From positions 1-31,378 of IMG/VR virus record IMGVR_UViG_3300021124_000025: 31,378 bases of DNA; one strand, given 5' to 3'. The translations under genes were made by a program, and so were the position numbers. Position 1 is the stretch's first letter; the number at the start of each line of letters is the position of its first letter. This stretch comes from a virus (lineage: Duplodnaviria > Caudoviricetes). The notes under the pieces were generated by a model that saw only the letters and a list, made by a program, of their open reading frames with translations, was not told the DNA's origin and did no database searches. Below are positions 1-7,985 of this stretch, piece by piece.

Positions 1-16
1 GGGGGGGGGGGGTGTG

Positions 17-883
17 ATGGATAGCAACGACCCCGCCCTGGACTTTGGAGCGATCCCGACCTTTGCGTGGCTCCCCCTCGAGTCGCTGGTCATTGACGAA
101 CGCTATCAGCGGAAAATCTCCCAGGATGGCGAAAGTATGATCGCCCGCATCGCCCGCAATTTCAGCTGGTCGAAATTCTCGCCCCTGACCGTCACCGGCC
201 CGGATGCCTCCGGCGATTATCCGGTGATCGACGGTCAACACCGGATGTGTGCCGCCCGACGCGTCTCCATAACCAAGCTTCCTTGCTGGATTGTTGAGGC
301 GAAAGATCTCTCCCGGCAGGCCAACACCTTCGTGGCCGTGAACAAGGAGCGGATCTCCGTCTCTCCGATCTCGGTTTTCTGGGCGCAACTGGTGTCGAAA
401 GATCCCAAGGCGGTCTGGGTAAAATCAATTTGCGACCAGGCCGGAATCCGGATCGGACGCCATAGCTGCGGCGATCAGCCGCCACTGACCATCATAGCGA
501 TCTCCGTCATTAACCGGCTGCACCCCCTGGGCGACGAACCGATCATCGCCGGTCTGAAAATGATCGCCGGGGCATGCCCGGACAGCCGATCCGCTTTCCG
601 CGCGCCGGTGGTTGCCTCGGCCGTCCGGATCATGGCTCTTCTCCAACCGATCGACTGGACCCGCCTGGGCCGGGTCTTTGCGGACATGGATCCGCCCGAC
701 TGGATATCGAGAGCCAGGGCTTTCAAGCGTGAGTTCGGCGGCAGCATTGACCTGTCATTCTATTCGCTCATTGCGCGGGCCTACAACCGCAACCTCCGCT
801 CCACCATGCCGCTTCCCGATTCACTGCCGCCCATTCCATTCAATAGCGGGTGGAAGACCAGAAACAAACCGCTTGAGGATTAA
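17..883 (+). CDS. ParB/Srx N-terminal domain protein (DUF6551-like)
   Basis: Motifs IDERYQR and YPVIDGQHR; typical of phage early regions. Alternative GTG start at 14. Confidence 0.8.
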   Translation: MDSNDPALDFGAIPTFAWLPLESLVIDERYQRKISQDGESMIARIARNFSWSKFSPLTVTGPDASGDYPVIDGQHRMCAARRVSITKLPCWIVEAKDLSRQANTFVAVNKERISVSPISVFWAQLVSKDPKAVWVKSICDQAGIRIGRHSCGDQPPLTIIAISVINRLHPLGDEPIIAGLKMIAGACPDSRSAFRAPVVASAVRIMALLQPIDWTRLGRVFADMDPPDWISRARAFKREFGGSIDLSFYSLIARAYNRNLRSTMPLPDSLPPIPFNSGWKTRNKPLED

Positions 884-888
884 AACCG

Positions 889-1176
889 ATGACGCCGTTT
901 TCCCAATGCTTTCTTGAGGCTGATGTCGCGGCCATGGCGCTGGTGGCGGTGCTTGGCCGAACCGATCGCGCCCAGCGGATCCGCGAGAAGATCAAAGATC
1001 TGCGCTCGGCGGCCGGCCGCCTGCAGCTGGCCGAATTGGCCGCTCATCATGACCAGATCGATCCCCCGGACGCCGTCCGATTGGTAATCCAGGCGGCGTT
1101 GGCTGCCGGCATGGGGTGGCCCGACATCGCGGCGATTTTCAACAACACCGCCAGCGAAGCGCGGAGAGCGCAATGA
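889..1176 (+). CDS. Hypothetical phage protein
   Basis: 95 aa ORF filling the gap; its stop overlaps the next ATG (ATGA 1173-1176). Confidence 0.6.
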   Translation: MTPFSQCFLEADVAAMALVAVLGRTDRAQRIREKIKDLRSAAGRLQLAELAAHHDQIDPPDAVRLVIQAALAAGMGWPDIAAIFNNTASEARRAQ

Positions 1177-1646
1177 TGGCCGACAATTCAAAGATTGAAT
1201 GGACGAATGCGACATGGAATCCGATTACCGGATGTTCTGTCGTCTCGGCAGGCTGTAAGAATTGCTACGCGATGAAGCTGGCAGGGACGCGGATGCGGCA
1301 CCATCCCAGCCGGGCCGGCCTGACCGTAAAGACGAAGGAGGGGCCGGTCTGGAATGGTCAGGTGCGCCTTAATGAAGAATGGCTTAATCTGCCCCTGCGG
1401 TGGAAGAAACCTCGCCGGATTTTTGTTTGCGCCCATGGCGATCTGTTTCATGAGAACGTGCCGGATGAAGGGCTCGACTGGGTGTTCGCCGTCATGGCGC
1501 TGGCGCGGGCGGATGGCGTGATAAGCCATGGACACGCCCAAGAACACGGTGGCGTTGGCGTCAAAATGGACCTAACCGGCAAGAAAAATGCCGGACGGCT
1601 TCTGGATGGCGTCGAACACAATGGTTTTCCTCAGGAGTGGGTATGA
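1173..1646 (+). CDS. DUF5131 (phage Gp37/Gp68) family protein, apparently internally deleted, possible pseudogene
   Basis: N-terminal SKIEWT..TWNPITGC..VSAGCKNCYA and RRIFVCAHGDLFHE plus C-terminal KKNAGRLLDG are present; the usual central part is missing. Confidence 0.8.
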   Translation: MMADNSKIEWTNATWNPITGCSVVSAGCKNCYAMKLAGTRMRHHPSRAGLTVKTKEGPVWNGQVRLNEEWLNLPLRWKKPRRIFVCAHGDLFHENVPDEGLDWVFAVMALARADGVISHGHAQEHGGVGVKMDLTGKKNAGRLLDGVEHNGFPQEWV

Positions 1647-2074
1647 TGCCCACTCCCGACCCCCACCGCAAAGCCCTGATCGCGAAAATCCATATCGCCA
1701 AGGCCCAGCTCGGCCTGGACGAAGAGACCTATCGCGCCATGATCGAGCGGATCACCGGCTATCCCAGCACGAAGGATGCCGCCACAACGTCATTGATCAA
1801 TGTGGTCAACGAACTGATCGGCAAGGGCTTCCGGGACACCTCCGGCTTTCGCCCCAGCAGCCGATCGGAGGTTCGCAAGATCCATGCGCAGTGGGGTGAA
1901 CTGAAGCGGCGCGGCGCTCTCGACAGCCCGACCCGCAAGGCTCTGCGCGTCTTTTGCGCCAACCGGACCGGCGCGGCCGGGGCGGAGAAAGACCCGGAGC
2001 ATCTGACCGTGGCCGAATGCCGGAAGGTGATCGAGGCGCTGAAGGCCTGGATTGAGCGGAAGTCGGCGCCATGA
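1643..2074 (+). CDS. gemA: Mu GemA/gp16-like regulatory protein (DUF1018)
   Basis: RKALIAKIHIAKAQLGLDEETYRAM...STKD and C-terminal KVIEALKAW signature; sits upstream of a Mor-like gene. Confidence 0.9.
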   Translation: MMPTPDPHRKALIAKIHIAKAQLGLDEETYRAMIERITGYPSTKDAATTSLINVVNELIGKGFRDTSGFRPSSRSEVRKIHAQWGELKRRGALDSPTRKALRVFCANRTGAAGAEKDPEHLTVAECRKVIEALKAWIERKSAP

Positions 2075-2478
2075 GCGACTCTTTTGATCTCCCGCCTTTT
2101 CTCGCCCAAATCGCCGCCATCGCCGGGACTGCCGCCGCCCTGAAGCTTGCCGCCGCCAAGGGTGGCACGGCGACGTATATCCCTCAGCCGGGATTTCTGA
2201 CCCCTGAGCATTGGATTGTCGAGGCGGTCGGCTATGACGCCGCGGTCAAAATCGCCAAAGAATTGGGCGCCGGCAAGGTCGAGATTCCCCTTGGTCCCTG
2301 GGGGGGTAACAGAGGTAAGGTTTGGGCGGCGATTCAAAGGGCATTGAATGATGGAAAAAGCTTAGCCACAATCGCGCGTCTGGTCGGAGTCAATCAACGG
2401 ACTATCCGGCGGCACAAGAACGGGTATAGCGGGCACCCGGGCGAAGACGAGCGCCAGCCTGATCTGTTCCGACGATAG
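2071..2478 (+). CDS. Mor/C-like late transcription activator (C-terminal HTH)
   Basis: IAAIAGTAAALKLAAAKGGTATYIP dimerisation-like N-terminus; HTH GKSLATIARLVGVNQRTIRRH; lies between gemA and lysis genes. Confidence 0.8.
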   Translation: MSDSFDLPPFLAQIAAIAGTAAALKLAAAKGGTATYIPQPGFLTPEHWIVEAVGYDAAVKIAKELGAGKVEIPLGPWGGNRGKVWAAIQRALNDGKSLATIARLVGVNQRTIRRHKNGYSGHPGEDERQPDLFRR

Positions 2479-2498
2479 CCATCTTCAGGCCGTGGGTG

Positions 2499-2517
2499 GG
2501 GCAAATGTCCGGGTTCT
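2499..2517 (+). promoter_or_regulatory. Putative activator-binding dyad of the lysis promoter (copy 1)
   Basis: GGGCA-AA-TGTCC-GGGTTCT; 16/19 identical to 10559-10577; intergenic. Confidence 0.65.
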
Positions 2518-2543
2518 GAAAAATGCCCGGAGAACACATCCTT

Positions 2544-2574
2544 CGCGTCACTGATTTTTAATTCAGGTGACGCG
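2544..2574 (+). promoter_or_regulatory. Hairpin covering the endolysin Shine-Dalgarno
   Basis: CGCGTCAC (2544-2551) pairs with GTGACGCG (2567-2574), plus TGA/TCA; the SD-like AGGTGA (2565-2570) is in the 3' arm. Confidence 0.55.
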
Positions 2575-2576
2575 CC

Positions 2577-3038
2577 GTGCCCGAACAAGACTCCATTCAA
2601 GGCTGGATCGATGGCCTTTCCGACGATGAGCTGATGGCTCTCACGCTTCTTGCCGAAGCGCGGGGTGAAGACACTGTCGGTCGCCAGATGGTGGCCAGCG
2701 TCATCGTGAACCGCCGCAAATTCTCGCTCGAATGGCGTGCGACGCACAATACCGAGTGTTGGTGGGGCGAGACGATCCGCGAGATCATCCTTAAGCCCTG
2801 GCAGTTTTCGTCCTGGAATGAAAACGATCCGAACCGGGCCAAGATGCCTGATTTCATTCACCACCCGCTCTATCCCGAGTGTCTGACGATCGCGACGGCG
2901 GCGATCAGCGGCAACGCTGAGGATTTCACGAAGGGCGCGGTCAATTACCTCAATCCGCAAACCGCGAGTCCGCAGAAATGGGCGACGCCCGACAAACTGA
3001 CGGTCAGCCATCTCCACCACGATTTCTATCGGCTATAG
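2577..3038 (+). CDS. Endolysin, SleB-like cell wall hydrolase (Hydrolase_2)
   Basis: ALTLLAEARGE (catalytic Glu), VASVIVNR, KPWQFSSWNENDPN, GAVNY, HDFY. Confidence 0.9.
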   Translation: MPEQDSIQGWIDGLSDDELMALTLLAEARGEDTVGRQMVASVIVNRRKFSLEWRATHNTECWWGETIREIILKPWQFSSWNENDPNRAKMPDFIHHPLYPECLTIATAAISGNAEDFTKGAVNYLNPQTASPQKWATPDKLTVSHLHHDFYRL

Positions 3039-3047
3039 GGGTCTTTC

Positions 3048-3518
3048 ATGAAGGGTTATCGCACCATTGCCTTTTCGATCGCCGTCATCCTGCTGGGGTT
3101 GGCCGGAAAGCATGTCAAACCGGACCTGGTCAACGAATATCTGGATGTGATCTTTGCCGCCATCGGCCTGGGCTTCCTGGTATTGCGCCTGATCACCGAT
3201 ACACCGTTCGGCGCCAAGGTGGCTGCCGATCTGGGCACCACGCCGGCCGATCTCAAGCAGCTGCTCTCCCGGCTCGATCCCGACATGCCGCAAAATCTCT
3301 CCCAGGCTGTGACCGAGTTGCGTCAGTCGATCAGCCTCCTGGCCGCCCATGCGCCGGCCCAGTCCGTGGCGCTGGACAAGCTGGAGGGCCTGGTTTCGGC
3401 TCTCGGCGAGGTCGCGTTTGCCCCTGCCGAAACCGACGAGGTCAAGGTTGCCGCCGATCCGGATCCCTCCCCAACTCCGGTTCCGGTTCCGTCCCCGGCT
3501 CCAACCCCCGTTCAGTGA
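3048..3518 (+). CDS. Holin-like membrane protein
   Basis: MKGYRT start, two N-terminal hydrophobic segments, helical middle, Pro-rich tail; follows the endolysin. Confidence 0.6.
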   Translation: MKGYRTIAFSIAVILLGLAGKHVKPDLVNEYLDVIFAAIGLGFLVLRLITDTPFGAKVAADLGTTPADLKQLLSRLDPDMPQNLSQAVTELRQSISLLAAHAPAQSVALDKLEGLVSALGEVAFAPAETDEVKVAADPDPSPTPVPVPSPAPTPVQ

Positions 3519-3525
3519 GGTCAAA

Positions 3526-3852
3526 ATGAGATTCACGGTCCTCTGCAATTTCGCCGCTCTTTCTTTGGTTGCCGGCATGCTCGGCGCCTGCAGCACCAAG
3601 CCGGAAGATCTGGCCGCCGCGATCGCCGCCGACCCGGCCTCGGTCTCCGTCCATCAGGTGATCCAGGGGCCGATGTGGACGATCACCACGGACATTACAC
3701 GCGTCAATTCGAGCAACACCGCATCCACGGCCAATGGCAATGGAACCGCGGTCAATGTTCCGACCGGCGCCACCGTCAATCCCGCGCCGCAGAAGCCGCA
3801 AGGCGGAACGACCTTGACGCCGGGTTCGCCCGCGTCCGCGCCCGGACAGTGA
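3526..3852 (+). CDS. Lipoprotein (possible outer-membrane spanin-like)
   Basis: RBS GAGGT 3517-3521, ATG 3526, signal peptide ending in lipobox LGAC. Confidence 0.7.
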   Translation: MRFTVLCNFAALSLVAGMLGACSTKPEDLAAAIAADPASVSVHQVIQGPMWTITTDITRVNSSNTASTANGNGTAVNVPTGATVNPAPQKPQGGTTLTPGSPASAPGQ

Positions 3853-3877
3853 TGAACGGTGATCGGAGTCGAGAGAC

Positions 3878-4102
3878 ATGAGCACCCCCTTTGACGCGGC
3901 GAAGCTCGGAAAAAGATGCGGCCGGTATCGGTTTAATACCGATCCCGACGCTATCGCCGACTCCCTTCGCGAGATGGCGGACGAGATCGAGGCGGGAAAT
4001 ATTCATGTGCTGAAACTCCATAGCGCCCAGTCCATCGCCGACTGTGATTTCTCAGCGAGATCAGTGGTCATTCGCTACATTTCAAAAGAAGAAGAGTCAT
4101 GA
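3878..4102 (+). CDS. Hypothetical protein
   Basis: 74 aa ORF; ATGA coupling to the next gene. Confidence 0.6.
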   Translation: MSTPFDAAKLGKRCGRYRFNTDPDAIADSLREMADEIEAGNIHVLKLHSAQSIADCDFSARSVVIRYISKEEES

Positions 4103-4590
4103 TCAATCTGCAGTTTTGCGGCTTCGACAGCATCCTCGCCCGGGGCATCTCGCGCTTTACCGACCCATCCGGTACCGGCATCGGTCATGTCGATGCAGTC
4201 ATGCCTGACGGCTCACTGCTCGGCGCCCAGCATGAAGACGGGCTGGGCGGCATGCCATCGGGCGTCCAGATCCGCCCGGCCGATTATGGCGACAGCTGCG
4301 GAATGACGAACAGGCGTCGCGTCGCGCTTCCCGCCGGTGACGATATGACGGCCGCATTTTACGCCTTCCTCCGTGGCCAGATCGGCAAGCCCTACAATAC
4401 CGCCGCGATTGTCGCGTTCATCACCGGGACCAATGCCCAGACGGAGGGTGGCTGGTTTTGCAGTCAGCTGCAGCGGGTGGCGCTGGAGACCTGCCAATTT
4501 TTCGTTCCCCTGTGGATGCCCGCGAACAAAGACACCCCTGCCGATCTTTTGCAGGTCTGTTCGGCCTTCGCGCCGGTGCTGATCGATTGA
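4099..4590 (+). CDS. Permuted papain-like (YiiX/YebB-type NlpC/P60) enzyme
   Basis: His motif GHVDAV comes before QIGKPYN and the Cys motif WFCSQL. Confidence 0.7.
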   Translation: MINLQFCGFDSILARGISRFTDPSGTGIGHVDAVMPDGSLLGAQHEDGLGGMPSGVQIRPADYGDSCGMTNRRRVALPAGDDMTAAFYAFLRGQIGKPYNTAAIVAFITGTNAQTEGGWFCSQLQRVALETCQFFVPLWMPANKDTPADLLQVCSAFAPVLID

Positions 4591-4596
4591 TGGGTG

Positions 4597-4803
4597 ATGA
4601 CTGACGTTATCGACCTCGCCTGCGAGCGAGAGGAACAGTTTCGAGATGACGCGCTTGACGCTTTTCATGCGCATCAAAGGCCAAGCGGTGAAAGCGCCGC
4701 CAATTGCAAGTCCTGTGGCGATCCCATTCCCGAGGAGCGCCGCCGGGCCGTGACGACAAACCACTGCGTTGACTGCGCCGGTCAAATGGAGAGAGCACGA
4801 TGA
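4597..4803 (+). CDS. TraR/DksA C4 zinc-finger protein
   Basis: DVIDLA...CKSCGDPIPEERRRA...CVDC. Confidence 0.9.
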   Translation: MTDVIDLACEREEQFRDDALDAFHAHQRPSGESAANCKSCGDPIPEERRRAVTTNHCVDCAGQMERAR

Positions 4804-5207
4804 TTGCCACAAATGACTGGCCTGGATGGGTTGAACTGATTTTCCGGTGTCTCGCCGCGATCGGCGGTCTCGCCGGCCTGGTCGGCGGCCTCGCCATGGC
4901 CCTTGCGCACCGCACGTTCGCGACCAAGGACGAGGTCCTGCGGAACTTCAGGGATCACGAAGAACAGCATGAGGAGATCGGGCGGCGGCTCGGTACCGGC
5001 TCGGCGGAGTTCGCTACGATCAAGGCCGATATCGCGCACCTCCCCAACAACACCGATATCGCCGCGATGATGAGGAGGATCGGTGCCGTGGAGGGTTCGG
5101 TACGGGCACTGGAGGCCACGCTCAAGGGGATCGAAGAGGTCCTGAAGAGGGTCGAGCGTCCCTTGAATCTCCTGGTTGAGCATCATTTAAGGAGGAATGG
5201 AGATTGA
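4800..5207 (+). CDS. Mu gp25-like membrane-anchored coiled-coil protein (DUF2730)
   Basis: N-terminal TM segment, IAHLP motif, coiled coil, LLVEHHL end; position before gp26/gp27-like genes. Confidence 0.7.
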   Translation: MIATNDWPGWVELIFRCLAAIGGLAGLVGGLAMALAHRTFATKDEVLRNFRDHEEQHEEIGRRLGTGSAEFATIKADIAHLPNNTDIAAMMRRIGAVEGSVRALEATLKGIEEVLKRVERPLNLLVEHHLRRNGD

Positions 5208-5503
5208 CCACCTTTCGTGATGACTGGAACGCCTCGCGTCGGCTGTTCCTCCTGCGCCTTCTTGTCGAGGTGCGCCAGGCCAATGAGAGCGTGCTGTACA
5301 AATCGGCCGCGAAGGGAGGCTTTTCCAGCGACACCCGCAACGACATCCGGGAGGACCTCGACCATCTTTGCAAGACGGGCTGCGCCAAACAGGAGTTTCT
5401 CAACGACGTACTGAGGGTGATCAGCATTACCGAACGCGGCGAGGATGCGGCCTATGGACGCATCGCGGTTGCCGGCGTCGAACAAACCCCGTGGGATCGC
5501 TGA
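5204..5503 (+). CDS. Mu gp26-like winged-helix protein
   Basis: RRLFLLRLL..ANESVL...ITERGEDAAYGR..VAGV; TTG start after the AAGGAGG RBS. Confidence 0.8.
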   Translation: MTTFRDDWNASRRLFLLRLLVEVRQANESVLYKSAAKGGFSSDTRNDIREDLDHLCKTGCAKQEFLNDVLRVISITERGEDAAYGRIAVAGVEQTPWDR

Positions 5504-5506
5504 TCA

Positions 5507-6100
5507 ATGTCAAGGCCGTCCAAAATCGATCGCCTGCCACCGGAAATCCGGGAAGAAATCGGATCGCTCCGCGAGCGCGGTTACACCATTGATGAGATCC
5601 TCGGGCATCTGCGCGCCTTCGAGATCGCGCCGCAAGATCGGCCCTCGCGCTCGGGATTGCATCGGCATATTCAAGGTCTCGACAAGATATCGGAACGCCT
5701 GATGCGCAGCCGGTCGGTTGCCGAGGCCCTTGTCCGCAAGCATGGCGATGCTCCGGAAGGCCGCCAGGCGCGCCTTAATATCGAGATCATGCATTCGATC
5801 GTCATGGATCTGCTGATGGCCGCCGGCGATCAGGACGGCGAGGCTGCCGAGTCGGGCGCCGTCACCTTCGATCCTCAACAGGTGAGCTTGCTGGGGAGAA
5901 CGCTGCGCGACCTGTCGTCGGCATCAAAAACCGATGCCGACCTTATCACCAAGCTTCGCGAGGAACAGCGCAAGCTGGCTGAGGCGGAGATGAAAAAGAG
6001 GGTCGATGTCGCCATGGTCGCGGTCGGCAAGGAAAAGGGTCTGAGCGCCGACACCATCGACATGATCAAAAGTCAAATGTTGGGAATTCGGGGCGGGTGA
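5507..6100 (+). CDS. Terminase small subunit, Mu gp27-like (DUF3486)
   Basis: RPSKIDRLPPEIRE, SRSGLHRH, and GLSADTIDMIKSQMLGI terminus. Confidence 0.88.
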   Translation: MSRPSKIDRLPPEIREEIGSLRERGYTIDEILGHLRAFEIAPQDRPSRSGLHRHIQGLDKISERLMRSRSVAEALVRKHGDAPEGRQARLNIEIMHSIVMDLLMAAGDQDGEAAESGAVTFDPQQVSLLGRTLRDLSSASKTDADLITKLREEQRKLAEAEMKKRVDVAMVAVGKEKGLSADTIDMIKSQMLGIRGG

Positions 6101-7692
6101 TGGGAAATCCCGTCTCAAGGGAGGAATGGGAGAGGCTGCGCGCGGATGCGCGCTTTGTCTTGCCTGACCATCTGACCGGGGCACGTCTGCCCGACGTACT
6201 TCTTCCCTATCAGCAGGATCTGCTGGCCACCACGGCGGCGTCCAGGGTAACCGTCGTCGAGAAGTCGCGCCGCACCGGCTATACCTGGGGCGTCGGCTCT
6301 GACGCCGTTCTGACCTCGGCCGGTTCCCGATCGGCTGGCGGCATGGACACTCTCTATATCGGCTATAATCTCGACATGGCGCGCGAGTTCATCGACGTTT
6401 GCGCCATGTGGGCCAGATCGTTCAACCAGGCGGCCGACCAGGTGGCTGAATTTGTTTTCAAGGACAAGGAGGATGAGGGTAAAGAGCGGGATATTCAGGC
6501 TTTCCGCATTCGCTTCGCCTCGGGTTTTGAAATCGTCGCACTTTCATCGCGGCCTCGATCGCTGCGCGGCCGCCAGGGCTATGTGATCATCGACGAAGCT
6601 GCGTTTCATGACGATCTGTCCGGTCTGATGAAGGCGGCGCTCGCTCTGTTGATGTGGGGCGGCAAGGTCCTGGTGATCTCAACGCATGACGGTGATTCCA
6701 ACCCCTTCAATGAAATTGTCGAGAACATCAAAAAGGGGCGCGTGCCCTACATCCTTATTACGCTTGATTTCGACCAGGCGCTGAAAGATGGGCTCTATCA
6801 GCGGATCTGCCTGGTCACCGGCCAGAAATGGTCGCCGGCGGCCGAGGCGGCGTGGCGAGAGGAGATTATTTCCTTTTATGGCGACGCGGCCGATGAGGAA
6901 TTGTTTGTCATTCCCTCCAATGGCTCCGGAACCTATCTGCCGTCCCTGCTCATCGAGCGGGCGCAAAAGCCCGGCATTCCCGTGGTGCGATGGGAATGCA
7001 ACAACGACTTCGTCCATCTCTCGGATCATGTTCGCGAGGCGGAGGCCCTGGCCTTTTGCCGAGAGAAGCTCGACCCTGTTCTTGATCTGATGGATCGGGG
7101 CCTCAAAAGCCATTTCGGCGAAGACTTCGCGATGTCGGGCGATTTGACGGTGATCATACCGATCCAGATCCAGCAAGACATGAGCCGCCGCCCGCCCTTC
7201 GTGCTGGAGCTGCGCAACACGCCTTATGCCCAGCAGCGCCAAATCCTTTGGTATATTGTCGATCGGCTTCCGAATTTCCAGATGGGTGCGATGGATGCGA
7301 CCGGCAATGGCGCGCCGCTGGCCCAGGAGACGGCAACCCGTTACGGGATGAGCAACGTCATTGAGGTCAAGATCAACGAGGCCTGGTACCGGGATGCGGC
7401 ACCAAAATATAAAGCCGCCTTCGAAGACGGTTTGTTCACCCTTCCGCGCGACATCGACATCTACAACGATCATCGTCTGATCAAGATTGTGCGGGGCGTG
7501 CCCCAGATCGACCGTGCGCCACAGGTGCATGGCCGGGGCGAAGATGCCGGCAAGGGCGGCAAGAAGAAGCGTCACGGCGATTCGGCGATCGCCGGAATGT
7601 TGGCGCATTACGCCACGCTGCAATCCCGCGACGACGGGATTATCGAGTTTTACCGCCGCCAGGTCGCGGCATCAAAAGGGGAGCGCACATGA
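6100..7692 (+). CDS. terL: Terminase large subunit, Mu gp28-like
   Basis: LLPYQ, Walker A VEKSRRTGYT, Walker B VIIDEAAFH, ISTH, nuclease motifs GEDFAMSGDL, MDATGNG and HGDSAIA. Alternative GTG start at 6097. Confidence 0.95.
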   Translation: MGNPVSREEWERLRADARFVLPDHLTGARLPDVLLPYQQDLLATTAASRVTVVEKSRRTGYTWGVGSDAVLTSAGSRSAGGMDTLYIGYNLDMAREFIDVCAMWARSFNQAADQVAEFVFKDKEDEGKERDIQAFRIRFASGFEIVALSSRPRSLRGRQGYVIIDEAAFHDDLSGLMKAALALLMWGGKVLVISTHDGDSNPFNEIVENIKKGRVPYILITLDFDQALKDGLYQRICLVTGQKWSPAAEAAWREEIISFYGDAADEELFVIPSNGSGTYLPSLLIERAQKPGIPVVRWECNNDFVHLSDHVREAEALAFCREKLDPVLDLMDRGLKSHFGEDFAMSGDLTVIIPIQIQQDMSRRPPFVLELRNTPYAQQRQILWYIVDRLPNFQMGAMDATGNGAPLAQETATRYGMSNVIEVKINEAWYRDAAPKYKAAFEDGLFTLPRDIDIYNDHRLIKIVRGVPQIDRAPQVHGRGEDAGKGGKKKRHGDSAIAGMLAHYATLQSRDDGIIEFYRRQVAASKGERT

Positions 7693-7976
7693 CCACCCGT
7701 CTTATGCCGCCGGCAACCGGCGCAACCACTATCACCGTCCATGGCCGAACCTACAGCTGTGCTGTGGGAAACACCGTCGACGTTCCGGATCAGGACGCCA
7801 TTGTCATGACCGCCAACGGCTGGAACGCCGTCGCCGGCGGCGGCGCCGTCGGAACCACGGCGCAACGCCCGGCTGTTCCGCGCCCTGGCGTCGAATATCA
7901 CGATACAAGCCTGGGGAAGACCATCATTTTCGATGGGAAAGTCTGGCGTGATCCCGCCAATGGAAGCAGCGTTTAA
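7689..7976 (+). CDS. Small putative virion protein
   Basis: ATGA coupling; GTTAQRP...G.EYHDTSLGKTIIFDGKVW motif resembling fibre/decoration modules. Confidence 0.7.
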   Translation: MTTRLMPPATGATTITVHGRTYSCAVGNTVDVPDQDAIVMTANGWNAVAGGGAVGTTAQRPAVPRPGVEYHDTSLGKTIIFDGKVWRDPANGSSV

Positions 7977-7985
7977 GGGGGTATT

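Noticed and set aside
1-12. Poly-G run at the window start
   Set aside because: At the sequence edge with no left context; may be a sequencing or assembly artefact, so not called a phase-variable tract.
3349-3525. Upstream extension of the lipoprotein ORF (possible nested Rz1-like arrangement)
   Set aside because: RBS and signal peptide place the start at 3526, after the previous stop.
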